Assembly (NCBI GenBank): GCA_965223005.1
Contig: CBDCVK010000005.1
Location: 1 to 64,000, forward strand
DNA length: 64,000 nt
Direction of reading: 5' to 3'
Source of the DNA: Terriglobia bacterium
GTDB taxonomy: Bacteria > Acidobacteriota > Terriglobia > JAJPHL01 > JAPKYU01
The notes under the pieces were generated by a model that saw nothing but the letters and a program-made list of their open reading frames with translations, did no database searches and was not told the origin of the DNA. Every line of letters begins with the position of its first letter. Within the stretch, counting starts at the first letter, position 1. Positions 1 to 10,640 of the stretch are shown piece by piece. The translations under genes and the position numbers were made by a program.

Positions 1-2268
1 CGGGCTGCTAAGCAACTGGATCGGGTCGTGGACCGCTGGCAGCGGATGTTGAGCAGCGCCGATGCCCGGACTCGACTCTATTTCTATTTGTTTCGCCGGG
101 CCAGCCGCTTCACCGACGACGACCCCGCTGCCGGCAGCGTGGCGGCGGTGGGGCGGCGCAAGCGCCATGCGTTTCTGTCCGAACGGGTGCAGGAGATCAA
201 CTCCTACCTCGCCTGGTGCCACGATCCGGGGCTTCGGACGGTAGCCAGCGAACGAACCGGAGGGCCTTGGTGGATGGCCTATGCAAAGAACTGGATGGCA
301 AAGCAGCGCAACAAAAAAGAATCCATTTACCTCTACTCGAACATCCAGGAGGCAGCGGCGAGCTTCCGGCAGTTGGTCGAGGCCGGCCGGGCGATGGTCG
401 ATGACCTGACGCCATTGCGGTTGCTTGAAGCGCGGGAGGCGTCGCAGGTTTTGAACGAGCTCATCAACCGGCCTGGAATCGGTTGGGCCGGGGCAACCGG
501 CAGCGGGATGAACTGGCGGCTGGCCGGCTCGGAGCTGGAGGCGGAGCGCCAACACCTGCGGCTGGATGGAGAGCCGCTGATTCTCTACTCGCTGCTCTCC
601 CCGCCCGGCGCGGCCCAAGCCAATCTCCTGCAAGACCTCTACCGGCTCGACGCCACCATGACGGTTTCGCTGGAATGGCGCCCGCAACGGCTGGAGGCCG
701 CCCGGCGGAAAATCCGGGGGGCGCAGCGGCATTACTTCTCGAAACGCTACTCGATGGCCGCGCACGTTCAGGAGACCGAAGGCACCTCTGCGGCGATGGT
801 GGACTCGGCCGCCGCCGCCGAGAGCGACCGTTTGGGCGATGCGCTGGTGGAGCTTGAGACGGAGGGGATCGCCTACGGCGATCTATCCCTCACCGTGGCG
901 CTGCACGGCCCGCTCGAACAGAGCGAGCGCCTGGATGGAGATATCCGGCGCATCTTCGCAAGCCACGATGCCAAGGTAATCAGGGAAGGTTACGGGCAGC
1001 TACCGGCGTTTTTCTCGCGGATGCCCGGTCAGCCCCGGAAAAGGCAAGTCCGGTCCGTGTTCCTTTCGGCGGGCTCGGTCGCGTGCATGGCTCCGGTATT
1101 CGGTCCTCCGTTCGGAACCCCCATCAGCGACCACCTGGACAAGCCCGCGCTCGCCATCCTGGAAACCCAATGGAGGACGCCTTATCACTACGACCTGTTC
1201 AAGGGCGACGTCGGGCACACACTTATGTTGGGCGCGACGGGCGCGGGCAAGAGTTTCGCGCTGAACTTTCTGCTGGTGCAGGCGCTTCAGTACGACCCCC
1301 GCGTTCTCATTCTGGACCTGGGAGGCTCCTACCGCTGGCTGACGAGCTTTTTAGGCGGCGGGTACATGGAGCTTTCGCCGGAGAGCAATGCCGGTCAGGG
1401 CTTTCGGCTCAGGCCCTTCGCCCTGCCGCCCGGCGAGCGCACCTTCCAGTTTCTCACCGGATGGGTCACGCGCCTGTTGCGGATCGGCGGTTGGAAACTC
1501 TCCGGTGAAGATCCCAGCGAGATCCGAGCCCGCGTGGAAGACCTGTATGCCTTTCCGCCCGAACGGCGCGCTCTGCACGTTCTGGTTCGTTCCCTACCCT
1601 CAAAGATGTGGCCCGCGATGGGCCGCTGGCACGGCCACGGCGCATGGGGCCGGTATTTCGACAACGCGGCGGATGGCGACGATCTCAACTTTCAAGACTG
1701 GCAGGTGATCGACCTGGCCGGGGCGGCGGAGCATGAAGACCTCTGCGAGGCGGCGTTGTTCTACCTTCTGGAACGTCTACGCTTGGCGCTGGAAAACCCC
1801 AATGAGGTCGCCCGCGTCAAGCTCATGGTGGTCGATGAAGCATGGCGTTACCTCGAAGACCCGGCGGTATTGAGCTATCTGGCGGAAGCGGCCAAGACGT
1901 GGCGGAAAAAGAACGCGGCGCTGATTATCGCCACGCAGAGCACCGTGGACGTGACCGGAACCGCCGGGGCCGATGCGTTGCTCGAATCCATGCCCACCAA
2001 GCTGTTTCTCGCCAACCCCGACCTGCCCGACAAGGCCGCCGAGACGTTCCGGTTGAACCCTTCGGAAGTGAACACCATCCGGGGGCTCATTCCCAAACGC
2101 GAGCTTTATCTACGCCGCACCGATTCAGCCGGGGTCTTGCGGCTTGAAGTGGACCCGGCCAGCTATTGGCTCTACACCTCATCCCCCGTCGATGCACAGA
2201 AGCGGGCGGAGGCGGTAAAGAAATACGGCCTGGTCGAGGCCATTGAACATCTCGCAAAACGGAGGTAG
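1..2268 (+). CDS. virB4: Type IV secretion ATPase VirB4/TrbE-like (5'-truncated; frame open from base 1)
   Basis: Walker A GATGAGKS, Walker B LMVVDEAW, 'KTWRKKNA...ATQS' motif typical of VirB4; first gene of a T4SS cluster. Confidence 0.92.
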   Translation, partial: RAAKQLDRVVDRWQRMLSSADARTRLYFYLFRRASRFTDDDPAAGSVAAVGRRKRHAFLSERVQEINSYLAWCHDPGLRTVASERTGGPWWMAYAKNWMAKQRNKKESIYLYSNIQEAAASFRQLVEAGRAMVDDLTPLRLLEAREASQVLNELINRPGIGWAGATGSGMNWRLAGSELEAERQHLRLDGEPLILYSLLSPPGAAQANLLQDLYRLDATMTVSLEWRPQRLEAARRKIRGAQRHYFSKRYSMAAHVQETEGTSAAMVDSAAAAESDRLGDALVELETEGIAYGDLSLTVALHGPLEQSERLDGDIRRIFASHDAKVIREGYGQLPAFFSRMPGQPRKRQVRSVFLSAGSVACMAPVFGPPFGTPISDHLDKPALAILETQWRTPYHYDLFKGDVGHTLMLGATGAGKSFALNFLLVQALQYDPRVLILDLGGSYRWLTSFLGGGYMELSPESNAGQGFRLRPFALPPGERTFQFLTGWVTRLLRIGGWKLSGEDPSEIRARVEDLYAFPPERRALHVLVRSLPSKMWPAMGRWHGHGAWGRYFDNAADGDDLNFQDWQVIDLAGAAEHEDLCEAALFYLLERLRLALENPNEVARVKLMVVDEAWRYLEDPAVLSYLAEAAKTWRKKNAALIIATQSTVDVTGTAGADALLESMPTKLFLANPDLPDKAAETFRLNPSEVNTIRGLIPKRELYLRRTDSAGVLRLEVDPASYWLYTSSPVDAQKRAEAVKKYGLVEAIEHLAKRR

Positions 2269-2276
2269 TTGATCCC

Positions 2277-3113
2277 ATGAAACTCATTCGACTCGTGGGC
2301 GCTCTGCTGCTCGCCGCCGGCACGGTATTCGCGCAGACCGATGGCCCGGTGCTGCGTGTTGCCGACGCCGAAGATCGGATCGTTCGAATCCGCGCCAAGA
2401 CCCGCCACACCACCGTCATTGTCTTACCCGCCACCGAAACCGTGTTGGATTTTGTGGTGGGGGATTCCGAGTATTGGCATCTGACCGGCGCGGCGAATAT
2501 CGCTTTCCTGAAGCCGGTCGCGGAAGGCGTCACCACCAACGTCGCGCTGGTGTGCGCCTCCGGTCGCATCTACTCGTTCCTGGTGACAGAGCGGGGCGGA
2601 AGCGATCCGCATCTGGTTGTGCGGATCGAAGCACAGGAGCAAAACGGTCCGGGAATCTCCACTGCAAGGCATGAACCCGCCTTCGTGGCTCGCGGGCAGG
2701 TCGCGGCTTATCAACAGATGGCCGACACCGCCATGAAGACCGCCAAGGCGGCGCAGGTGGACGCGGATTCGCGCATCGCCGATGCGGCCGCACTGGCGGC
2801 GGGAGAAACCGAGGCGTTCCGGGCGGACTATCCCACGCGTCTGAAATTCCCCTACCGGCTAGCTGACAAGGCGCTCAAGTGGCCGTTCCTGGTTCAAGGG
2901 ATGTGGCACGACGGGCAGTTTACCTACCTGCGCTCCAACGCTCAGGAGTCTCCGGCGTTGTACGAAATCAAAGACGGGAAACCGGCGCTGGTCGCCTACG
3001 ACCTGACCGAGGACGGCCTGTATGTAGCTCGGCACCTGTTAGGCGATGGATGGCTACAGATCGGAAAACAAAAGGCTCAGTGGAAGGTTGAAAAGCGGGA
3101 GCTCGGGCCGTGA
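2277..3113 (+). CDS. virB9: VirB9/TrbG-like T4SS outer-core protein
   Basis: Signal peptide; 'TTVIVLP..E.V..FVVGDSEYW', 'NIAFLKP', 'HDGQFTYL' motifs; position between virB4 and virB10. Confidence 0.85.
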   Translation: MKLIRLVGALLLAAGTVFAQTDGPVLRVADAEDRIVRIRAKTRHTTVIVLPATETVLDFVVGDSEYWHLTGAANIAFLKPVAEGVTTNVALVCASGRIYSFLVTERGGSDPHLVVRIEAQEQNGPGISTARHEPAFVARGQVAAYQQMADTAMKTAKAAQVDADSRIADAAALAAGETEAFRADYPTRLKFPYRLADKALKWPFLVQGMWHDGQFTYLRSNAQESPALYEIKDGKPALVAYDLTEDGLYVARHLLGDGWLQIGKQKAQWKVEKRELGP

Positions 3114-4423
3114 GCGGGGTCTGGAAAAGGCTACACCCGAAGGCAGCCGGATCACTCCCTGGCAATCTGATTACCCAGTGGGGGGTTGCCATTACGGCTT
3201 TGCTGATCCTTGGATTCCTAACCGTCTGGATCTTCCTTGGAGGCGGGGAACAGGCAACCGCACCCGGTCCGGGTGCGAATGGCGAACGGCAATCGCCACG
3301 CGATTTTGCGGCGCAGATGGCGGCGCGTGTCGAAGAAGAAGGGTTGCGGGAACAACAGCGGCAGAGCGCGAGAGACAGGGATCAGATGCGGCGGCAAGCT
3401 GACCAAACGGCGGCGGGACTTGCAGGCGGACGGGTGTCGACAGGCGGTGGGGCGCGCCCAGGAAACGAGGAAGGCGCTGCGGCCGGTGCCGCCTATACCG
3501 AAGATGAATGGCGGCTGCGGGAAACACTGCGCCTCGAAGAGATGGAGCGGCGCAGCCGGTCGCTTCGCAGTACGCCGGTGGCGCAGACCTACCGGGGAGC
3601 CGGAGGTAGTGCGCCGGGACAGGCCCCGGAGTCTCAAGAGGTCGCGGCGGCGGCCCAGGTCGGGCCAAGCTCCACTCTGGAACAGCTGCAAAAGACATTT
3701 GAAGAAGCGACCGCCGGGATTAACGCCGAGGCCGATGCGGCGGTCGCGGCGGAGGTAGCCCGGATTCAAGCAGAGAGCACGGGAGGGCCGGTAGCCGTGG
3801 CGGCCCCCCCGCGAGATTACACCGACCCGCCCCGCATCGGAGCGCCCGAAGCCCCGCCCGGATGGGAACGCATCCATGAGGGATCGTTTTTGGAGGCGGT
3901 GCTGGTGACGCAGCTCTCCGGTGACTTTCCCGGCCCGGTGCTGGCAACAGTTTCGGTGCCGTTTTACTCCGCTGACCGGCAGCGCATTTTAGTCCCTCGT
4001 GGGTCGCGGGTTGTCGGCACTTCACAAGCCGTTGCCAACCAAGACCAATCCCGACTTGCGGTTAGTTTCCACCGATTGCTCTTACCGGATGGACGCTGGG
4101 TTTCGCTGGAATTTCACGGCCTCAATCAACTCGGTGAGGGGGCACTGAAAGACCAAGTGAACCGCCATTACTTCTCCATGTTCGCCGCCGTCGGTGCGGT
4201 CGGTATCGTGAGCGGGCTGACCTTGCGCGGCTCCAATCCTTATGGGGGCGGCCAGGAGAGTTTCCAGGCCGGCGCCGGACAGGGGCTCGGCCAAGCGGCA
4301 ATGCAGATTTTGGATCGCTTTCTGAATCGTTTACCCACCATCACCATTCGGGCCGGGCATCGGTTGCGTATCTGGTTCACCTCCGACGTGCTCGTTCCCC
4401 GGCCTCAAAGAAAAGGAGACTGA
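3110..4423 (+). CDS. virB10: VirB10/TrbI-like T4SS core protein
   Basis: N-terminal TM helix, low-complexity linker, C-terminal 'GSFLEAVLVTQLSGDFPGPV...ILVPRGSRVVG...DQVNRHY...PTITIRAG' TrbI domain. Confidence 0.9.
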   Translation: MSGVWKRLHPKAAGSLPGNLITQWGVAITALLILGFLTVWIFLGGGEQATAPGPGANGERQSPRDFAAQMAARVEEEGLREQQRQSARDRDQMRRQADQTAAGLAGGRVSTGGGARPGNEEGAAAGAAYTEDEWRLRETLRLEEMERRSRSLRSTPVAQTYRGAGGSAPGQAPESQEVAAAAQVGPSSTLEQLQKTFEEATAGINAEADAAVAAEVARIQAESTGGPVAVAAPPRDYTDPPRIGAPEAPPGWERIHEGSFLEAVLVTQLSGDFPGPVLATVSVPFYSADRQRILVPRGSRVVGTSQAVANQDQSRLAVSFHRLLLPDGRWVSLEFHGLNQLGEGALKDQVNRHYFSMFAAVGAVGIVSGLTLRGSNPYGGGQESFQAGAGQGLGQAAMQILDRFLNRLPTITIRAGHRLRIWFTSDVLVPRPQRKGD

Positions 4424-4426
4424 CAC

Positions 4427-5338
4427 ATGAAAACCCGAATCTTTACCGTCGCGATCCTGGTTCCGGCGCTCATCGTCCTTACCACCACGCCCGCCCACGC
4501 CATTTTCGGCAGCATCCTGGCGGGCATCCAGCGGGCACAGATGATCATCAATCAGGGCGTCCAAATCTATGAGGCGCAGATTGCGAAACTGACTATGGAC
4601 GGGCAGCTATCAGAACTCACAGATCAATTCAGCCACCTGCAGGATCAAGCGCTCGGCAGCGTGGGGGCGATCACGCAACCCTTCAGCGACTTGGCCTCAC
4701 GCCCCGCGCAGATACTCGGATCGGGCCTATCGTGGAAAGACGATTTCACCGGAGTGGCGGCGGAACTCGCATCATCGGTGGAACAGATGGGCCAATCCGG
4801 CAAGAGCTTCAGGGAATCCTGGTCGCAACGCCTCACAGATACCGACACGGTGACGGAAAGCGACATCGTGGGGCTGCTGCAGGATTATAGCCCCGAAATC
4901 TCCGAGGCCGGAGCTCGGCGCTATCGCGAAACCCGAGAGCGCGGGGACAAGCGGCTGGTGCTCGATCACGCCATGAGCGATTCAGCGGCGAATCTCATGG
5001 TTTCGGCGAGAGAGGCCGTGGAGGCCTACGAAGGACTCACCAATAATTCAAACCTCTCGAACACGGCCCTGCAACAAGCCGCTATTGCCGGGCAAGTCAC
5101 AGGCGGGAACCTAACCGCCGCGATGGCGCAACTTTTAGCGTTCCAAGCCGCCCGCGGGGCCGCCGAGGATTACGAACGAGAGATCGAGCGGCGGGAGCGG
5201 CTGGCTGAATGGCTGGCGGCGCAGCAGCGCGCCCAGGCCAACTTTGATACTCAACAAGCCGATCTCGATGCGCGGCGCGACGCCATGCGCGAGGGTCTGC
5301 TTTTTTCTCCGCACCCGTTCTACACCGACGGGCAGTAG
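4427..5338 (+). CDS. Secreted helical T4SS protein, VirB5/TrbJ-like
   Basis: Signal peptide ending 'PAHA', Gln/Ala-rich helical sequence, immediately upstream of virB6; AAGGAG RBS. Confidence 0.6.
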   Translation: MKTRIFTVAILVPALIVLTTTPAHAIFGSILAGIQRAQMIINQGVQIYEAQIAKLTMDGQLSELTDQFSHLQDQALGSVGAITQPFSDLASRPAQILGSGLSWKDDFTGVAAELASSVEQMGQSGKSFRESWSQRLTDTDTVTESDIVGLLQDYSPEISEAGARRYRETRERGDKRLVLDHAMSDSAANLMVSAREAVEAYEGLTNNSNLSNTALQQAAIAGQVTGGNLTAAMAQLLAFQAARGAAEDYEREIERRERLAEWLAAQQRAQANFDTQQADLDARRDAMREGLLFSPHPFYTDGQ

Positions 5339-5355
5339 GCCCCACGTGAACAGAT

Positions 5356-6339
5356 ATGTTCTGGCAAATAACACCCCCGACGGCTCCCATCCCCACCGAG
5401 CAACTGCGGGATTTTAAGAGTGGGCTGGATGAAGCGTGGCAAGCTGCCACCGGCACCGTGGCCCCGGAGTTGCTTGCTCTAGGAAACGACCTGTGGGAAG
5501 GGATGGCGGTGATCGTGGTCGTTTGGACCGGGCTGCGCATCGCATTTTCCGGGGACATCCAGCCCTGGGATTTCGTGCGGCTCATCATCGGACTTTGGAT
5601 TCCCTGGGTACTGCTCCAATTTTACAACCAGCCGATCCCCGGTATGGCCATGTCCTTTCCCGTGATGATTTCTTCGGGGGGCACGTGGGTTCAAGCTTTT
5701 TTCATCGGCGATATCGCCTACGACATGCAGACCGCAATGGGCAACCTCGTGGATACGCTCGGGGTATCGGTCCAAACAGCCTACGAAGCCGGTAGCGTGT
5801 GGGATTTGGTTCTCTCGGGCGGGCATGCGGCGCTGTCGTTGATTGGCGGCACCCTGATTATCGTATTGGTCGTCATCTCCCTGCTCATCCTTTTTGCCAT
5901 CACCTACGCACAGGTGATCTGGGCTCAACTGGCCGTGGCCATCCTGATCTTGCTGGGGCCGCTTTTCATCCCCTGGCTGGTGTTCGATCCGCTGGCGTTC
6001 CTGTTTTGGGGATGGTTCAAGGGGCTCCTCACCTACTCCATCTATGGAGTGATCGCGGCGGCGATCATGCGCGTATTCACCGATGTCAGCTTGAGCTTCA
6101 TCGCCCGGCTGGCGATTACCCCTATGAACTGGTCATCGCTTTCCGACACGGGCCTTTGGGTATTGGCGGTTATCCCGCTGGCCGTGGCCGGGATTTTGGC
6201 GGCGCTCCAGGTCGGGACGGTTGCCTCGATGCTCGTCACCGGGGGCGGAGCGGCAGGCAGCGGGTTGATGGGGGTGAGCGGGGCCGCCTCTTCGGCCTCG
6301 AAAGGGGCCACGAAGGTAGCGACGAAGGGGGCCGTATAA
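5356..6339 (+). CDS. virB6: VirB6/TrbL-like polytopic membrane protein
   Basis: Multiple TM segments, 'ILLGPLFIPWLVF..LAFLFWGW' motif, Gly/Ala-rich tail. Confidence 0.85.
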   Translation: MFWQITPPTAPIPTEQLRDFKSGLDEAWQAATGTVAPELLALGNDLWEGMAVIVVVWTGLRIAFSGDIQPWDFVRLIIGLWIPWVLLQFYNQPIPGMAMSFPVMISSGGTWVQAFFIGDIAYDMQTAMGNLVDTLGVSVQTAYEAGSVWDLVLSGGHAALSLIGGTLIIVLVVISLLILFAITYAQVIWAQLAVAILILLGPLFIPWLVFDPLAFLFWGWFKGLLTYSIYGVIAAAIMRVFTDVSLSFIARLAITPMNWSSLSDTGLWVLAVIPLAVAGILAALQVGTVASMLVTGGGAAGSGLMGVSGAASSASKGATKVATKGAV

Positions 6340-6349
6340 GGGGGCAAAA

Positions 6350-7021
6350 ATGAGCGAGAAACAGACCCAGGATGCAGGGGCGGAATACGCCGAAATATGG
6401 GGTGAGGCGGTCCACTCCAACCGTCATCTGCGGGTGCTCTCTATCGGACTGGGGGCGCTTTGCCTTCTGCTTGCCGCCGTCATCATCCGCATTGTTACCA
6501 TCGACCCGCCCAAGCCTATCGTGGTGCGGGTTGACGAAGTCGGCCGGGCCGAGGCCGTCGCCTATGAGGCGATGGAAGCCCAGGCGGACCCCCTGGACCC
6601 CACCACCAAGTATTTTCTGAACCGCTTCATCCATGACTTCTATTCCCGCCGCCGGGCCACCGTGCAACAGAATTGGAGCCGGTCGCTACGGTTTCTCACC
6701 ACCGACTTGGCCAACGCCTCCTTTCGCGTAGAGAGTCAGAACGTGGCGCTCCTGGCGGCGGGAGGGGCGCGAGACGAATTGCAGGTGGAAAACGTCATAC
6801 TGCGCGTCCAGGCAAACCCCCAGGAGCCCCACGGCGCAACCGCCGACTTTGACCTGGTCCGGCTGGTGGCTCAAAACGAGGTTTCGCGGGAACGCTGGTC
6901 TCTCTCGCTGCAATTCCTGTTTCTTGAGCAGATTCCCCCGGATTTGATCGTCTACAACCCGATGGGAATCGTTATCACCTATCTGCAGGGGGATCGCGCC
7001 GTGGTCACAAATCCCCGATGA
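6350..7021 (+). CDS. virB8: VirB8/TrbF-like protein
   Basis: Single TM helix, 'PIVVRVDEVG', C-terminal 'NPMGIVIT' motif. Confidence 0.88.
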   Translation: MSEKQTQDAGAEYAEIWGEAVHSNRHLRVLSIGLGALCLLLAAVIIRIVTIDPPKPIVVRVDEVGRAEAVAYEAMEAQADPLDPTTKYFLNRFIHDFYSRRRATVQQNWSRSLRFLTTDLANASFRVESQNVALLAAGGARDELQVENVILRVQANPQEPHGATADFDLVRLVAQNEVSRERWSLSLQFLFLEQIPPDLIVYNPMGIVITYLQGDRAVVTNPR

Positions 7022-8087
7022 TTGAGCATCTACGGGGCCGGGAGAAAGCACTGGAACCGCTCGGCTGGTCTGGGCCGGAGGCCGAGTGGATCGCTCTGGT
7101 GTGTCTTCACAGCGGCATCTTTACGCGGGCGCAGTTCTGTCACTACTTCGATGCGTGGCGCAGCCGGGCACAGCGATTCGTGGAGGCGCTGTTAGATCGG
7201 GGGGTCGCTACCGAGGCTACAACCTCTATGGTCGCTGGTGGCGCCAGGGCTTGCCAGATAACAAGCAAGCCGATCTACCGGGCGCTCGGGGTCGAGAACA
7301 TCCGCCACCGGCGAAAGGCCAGCCCCGCCGTCGTCATGCGGCGGTTGCTCTCGCTCGATTACGTTCTGGAACATCCGGGCGTGGCCTGGCTTCCCACCGA
7401 GCCGGAGAAGGTCGCGTTGCTTTGAAAAACTCGGGCTCGATCGGCGGCTGATGCCCGCGGCGGATCTACTCGGGGAACTGGTCGGCAACAGAAAACGCTA
7501 CTTTGCGCTCAAACTTCCCATTGCCGTGGACGCTGAAACCGTCACCTTCGCCTACGTCGATCCGGGGAACCAAACGGACACCGAGATGCACTCCTGGGGA
7601 GCTCGCGCATGGGCGGCTTTGGGATGCGCTGCGGGAAAAGGGAATCCGGGTCCGGGTCGATCGGGATCGCCGCCGAACATAAGAACGTGGAGCGGGCCGA
7701 ACGGAGGCTACGGGCGTGGGCGGCGGGTGTCCCCAGGGAGCACGGCGCGAGGCTGACGGTGCGGCAGGAAGATCAAGGGCGCTCATTGAGCGGGCAATGG
7801 ATCGATGATGATCGGGACGTTCTGGACAGTTACGGGGGGCTGAATCCGGCGCATCCAACGGTCGGCGGCAACTGGCCTCGATGAGCGAAGATGAAGTGGG
7901 CGAAGGTGTCTCGATTGACGACTACGCCACCTGGCGGGCAACCCGGTTTGCTAGTCCCGAAGAGGGGTTTGCGAGCGCTGCGGAGGACTCCTGGAAATGT
8001 GTCGGAAGTCGAGGTCAAATGGGGTCTTTTCGCTGGTACTGGGGCCGTGATCGGATGGTACAGGGACAAAGGGGGGGTGTACCATGA
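7018..8087 (+). pseudogene. Multiply frameshifted hypothetical gene (wHTH-like N-terminus; possible relaxase/replication-relaxation-type protein)
   Basis: ATGA overlap with virB8; coherent protein can be threaded through ORFs 7018-7425, 7451-7756, 7609-7884 and 7881-8087 across many 1-bp shifts; relaxase role inferred only from position; end coordinate approximate. Confidence 0.45.
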
Positions 8088-8191
8088 TTCGGCCAAGCGA
8101 TGTTTCAAACCGATATTCCACTATCCCTCTCATTCTTCTTGGGTTATCCATGCTAACCGGCCTCCATCGTGCCGATCCAGGAAAATCGGGG

Positions 8192-8294
8192 AGGACGGGA
8201 GCGACCCCACCAAAAAAGGGGGTGTCCTGTGGCCCCGATAGCGGCCACGTGTTCCACGCCTCTACTGTGCCCTCCAGGGGGTCGCTCCCGTCCT
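8192..8294. repeat. Perfect 17-bp inverted repeat, oriT candidate
   Basis: AGGACGGGAGCGACCCC (8192-8208) and GGGGTCGCTCCCGTCCT (8278-8294), with an inner GTGGCC/GGCCAC repeat; intergenic, upstream of the coupling protein. Confidence 0.6.
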
Positions 8295-8425
8295 TATTTA
8301 TCCCTGCGGGAAGGCTCGGAAAAGACCCACAGACTCGGCGCTGACGCGCCTGAGAAAGACTCTATGCTCTGGCAAAATCCGATCCCATGTTTCGAATGCG
8401 CCGGGGGCGCCATCCAGCCGGGCCG

Positions 8426-10640
8426 ATGAACTGGCGAAACCCGATTCGGGTGGCGGCGGTCTTGGGCGGGCCGGTGATCCGGGCGGCCGCGCTTATCGGT
8501 TGGATCAGTTGGCGGACGATCCGGTTTTTTGTGGGGCTCCCGGCTCCGGTGATCCTTTTTCTGGTCGGCCTGGCATGGTCTGTGTGGGGCTTCATCTACC
8601 GGCCATTCCCCTTGCTTGAGACCGATCCCCTGCTCGACCTCGTGGCCTACCATACTCCCCGCTTCTACCTCTGGATGGTCTGGTGGTACTACCTCTCTCC
8701 CACCGTCGCAGTCATGCTTGGAAGGACTCATTCTCCTGGCGGTCTGGCGGGTCTTTTTCGAGTCCCGCACCCGGAGCCTCGCCCCCTTGGGGATGCTTCC
8801 GGATTGGCCCCTGAACCCCAACGATCCCGGCCCCGGAATCGTGGTCGGGGAAGTCCATCATCCGGTCGCCATCCGGCAAATCTCCAACCCTTCCTGGCTC
8901 ACCATCCCGGAGCGGGGCCTGTACACCGGCGTGGCCATCTTCGGGGCCGTCGGGTCCGGGAAGACCTCGGCCTGCATGCATCCGTTCGCCAAGCAACTGC
9001 TCGGCTGGCAAGCCGACAAACCGCACCTGCGGGCGGCGGCCCTGGTGCTGGAAGTCAAGGGAGATTTCTGCCACGACATCCGCCAGATCCTCTTGGACGA
9101 GGGCAGGGGGGATGACTATATAGAACTCAGCATGAACGGCGAATGGCGGTGGAACCCGCTCTCGGCCTGGTGGCTCGATTCCTACTCGCTGGCCTACACC
9201 GTTTCTTCGCTGCTCAATCAGCTGTTCGGCAAGGGCAAGGAGCCGTTCTGGCAGCAGGCATATACCAATCTGGTCCGCTGGATCATCGAGCTTCACCGGG
9301 TATTGCCCGAGAACGGTGGGTCACGCTCCAACAGGTCTATTACTGCGCCATCGACCCGGAGTTTTTCGCGGAAAAGATCAAGCAAGCGGAGGCGTTTTCT
9401 GACGAAATCAATACCGGCACGGTGAGCATCCCGGCCTCGGTGTTTGGAAAAAACTCGGCGCTGCTTCACAAGTGGGCCTGGACAAGAACCCCTACCCAAG
9501 ACGAAATGCGGGCGGGGTTTAGCGGGTCGCTGCAGGAAAAACTCACGGAATTGAAATTGACCTGCCGGGTCGATTGGGAGCCGGGAGCCGGGGAGGACGT
9601 TCGGCGGCGCGTCGAGGCCGTCAAGCGCTGGTACATACATGATTGGCAAAACCTGGACAACAAAGATCAAATCCTCGATTGTCGAAGGCGTCTCCGTGTT
9701 TCTCTCCATGTTCGACATGCCGGACGTTGCCAGGGTTTTCTGCCCGCCCGCGCCGCCGAAGCGGGCCGTGGTGGAAGCCCGAAAAGCCGAGGCGGAGCGG
9801 CAAGTCAGCAGATCAGCGGCCCAAGCGCAAGCCGGTGAAGTGGACGGCCGGCCGGAAGCTGATCCCGTGCCTCCCGTCGAGCAGGCCCGGCCCGCACTCT
9901 CCCGGCACTTGCCGTCGATTAATGAACTGATCGAGGACGGCAAGGTGCTGGCCTTGAACATGCCGGCCGGGGCGAATCCGGCGCTGGCCCGCGCCATCGG
10001 CGTGATGCTCAAAAACGCCTGGCTCCAGGCGCTGTTGAGACGGCCCGTCAAGATGAAGGAATCGCCAGGAAGCTACTTCCGCCCGGCGGTTTTCATCTGC
10101 GACGAGTATCAGGCGTTTGCTTCGGTGGGCGAGGACGATCCCTCCGGCGATGAGAAGTCCTTCGCCCTCACCCGGCAGTGCCGCTGCATCCCGATCGTCG
10201 CCACACAATCCATCTCTTCGCTGCGCTCGGTCTTGGGTAGCTCGGAGGCGTGGCGGACGCTTCTGCAAACGCTGCGCACCCGGATTTTCCTGTCTTTGAG
10301 CGATGACGTAAGCGCCAAGATCGCCTCGGAACTCTGCGGGCAGGTGGCGAAGATCAAGGGTTCCTACACCATCAGCGAATCCTCCAGGCGCGCCGAAATC
10401 TCCCCGCTATCGGGCCGCGCCGGAGGCGGCGGCGGGAGCATCGGCGCCACCAAATCCTTCCGGGAGCAGCGGGAGGCGATCTTTCACCCGCGTGACTTCG
10501 CGCTGCTCTCGAACTGTCAGGCCATCTGTCTGCCCTATGACGGCGCACAGTCGCTGGAGGCGTGCAGGGTCTATCTCAAGCCGCACTATCTCCCCAGAGA
10601 GCGCTCCTACTGGACGGCTCGGAAAGCGGGGCGGATATGA
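8426..10640 (+). CDS. virD4: Type IV coupling protein VirD4/TraD-like, split by three apparent 1-bp insertions (~8720, ~9313, ~9663)
   Basis: N-terminal TM helices; Walker A GAVGSGKT; Walker B FICDEYQ; 'ATQSISSL', 'SAKIASELCG' TraD C-terminal motifs distributed over four overlapping ORFs. Confidence 0.82.
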
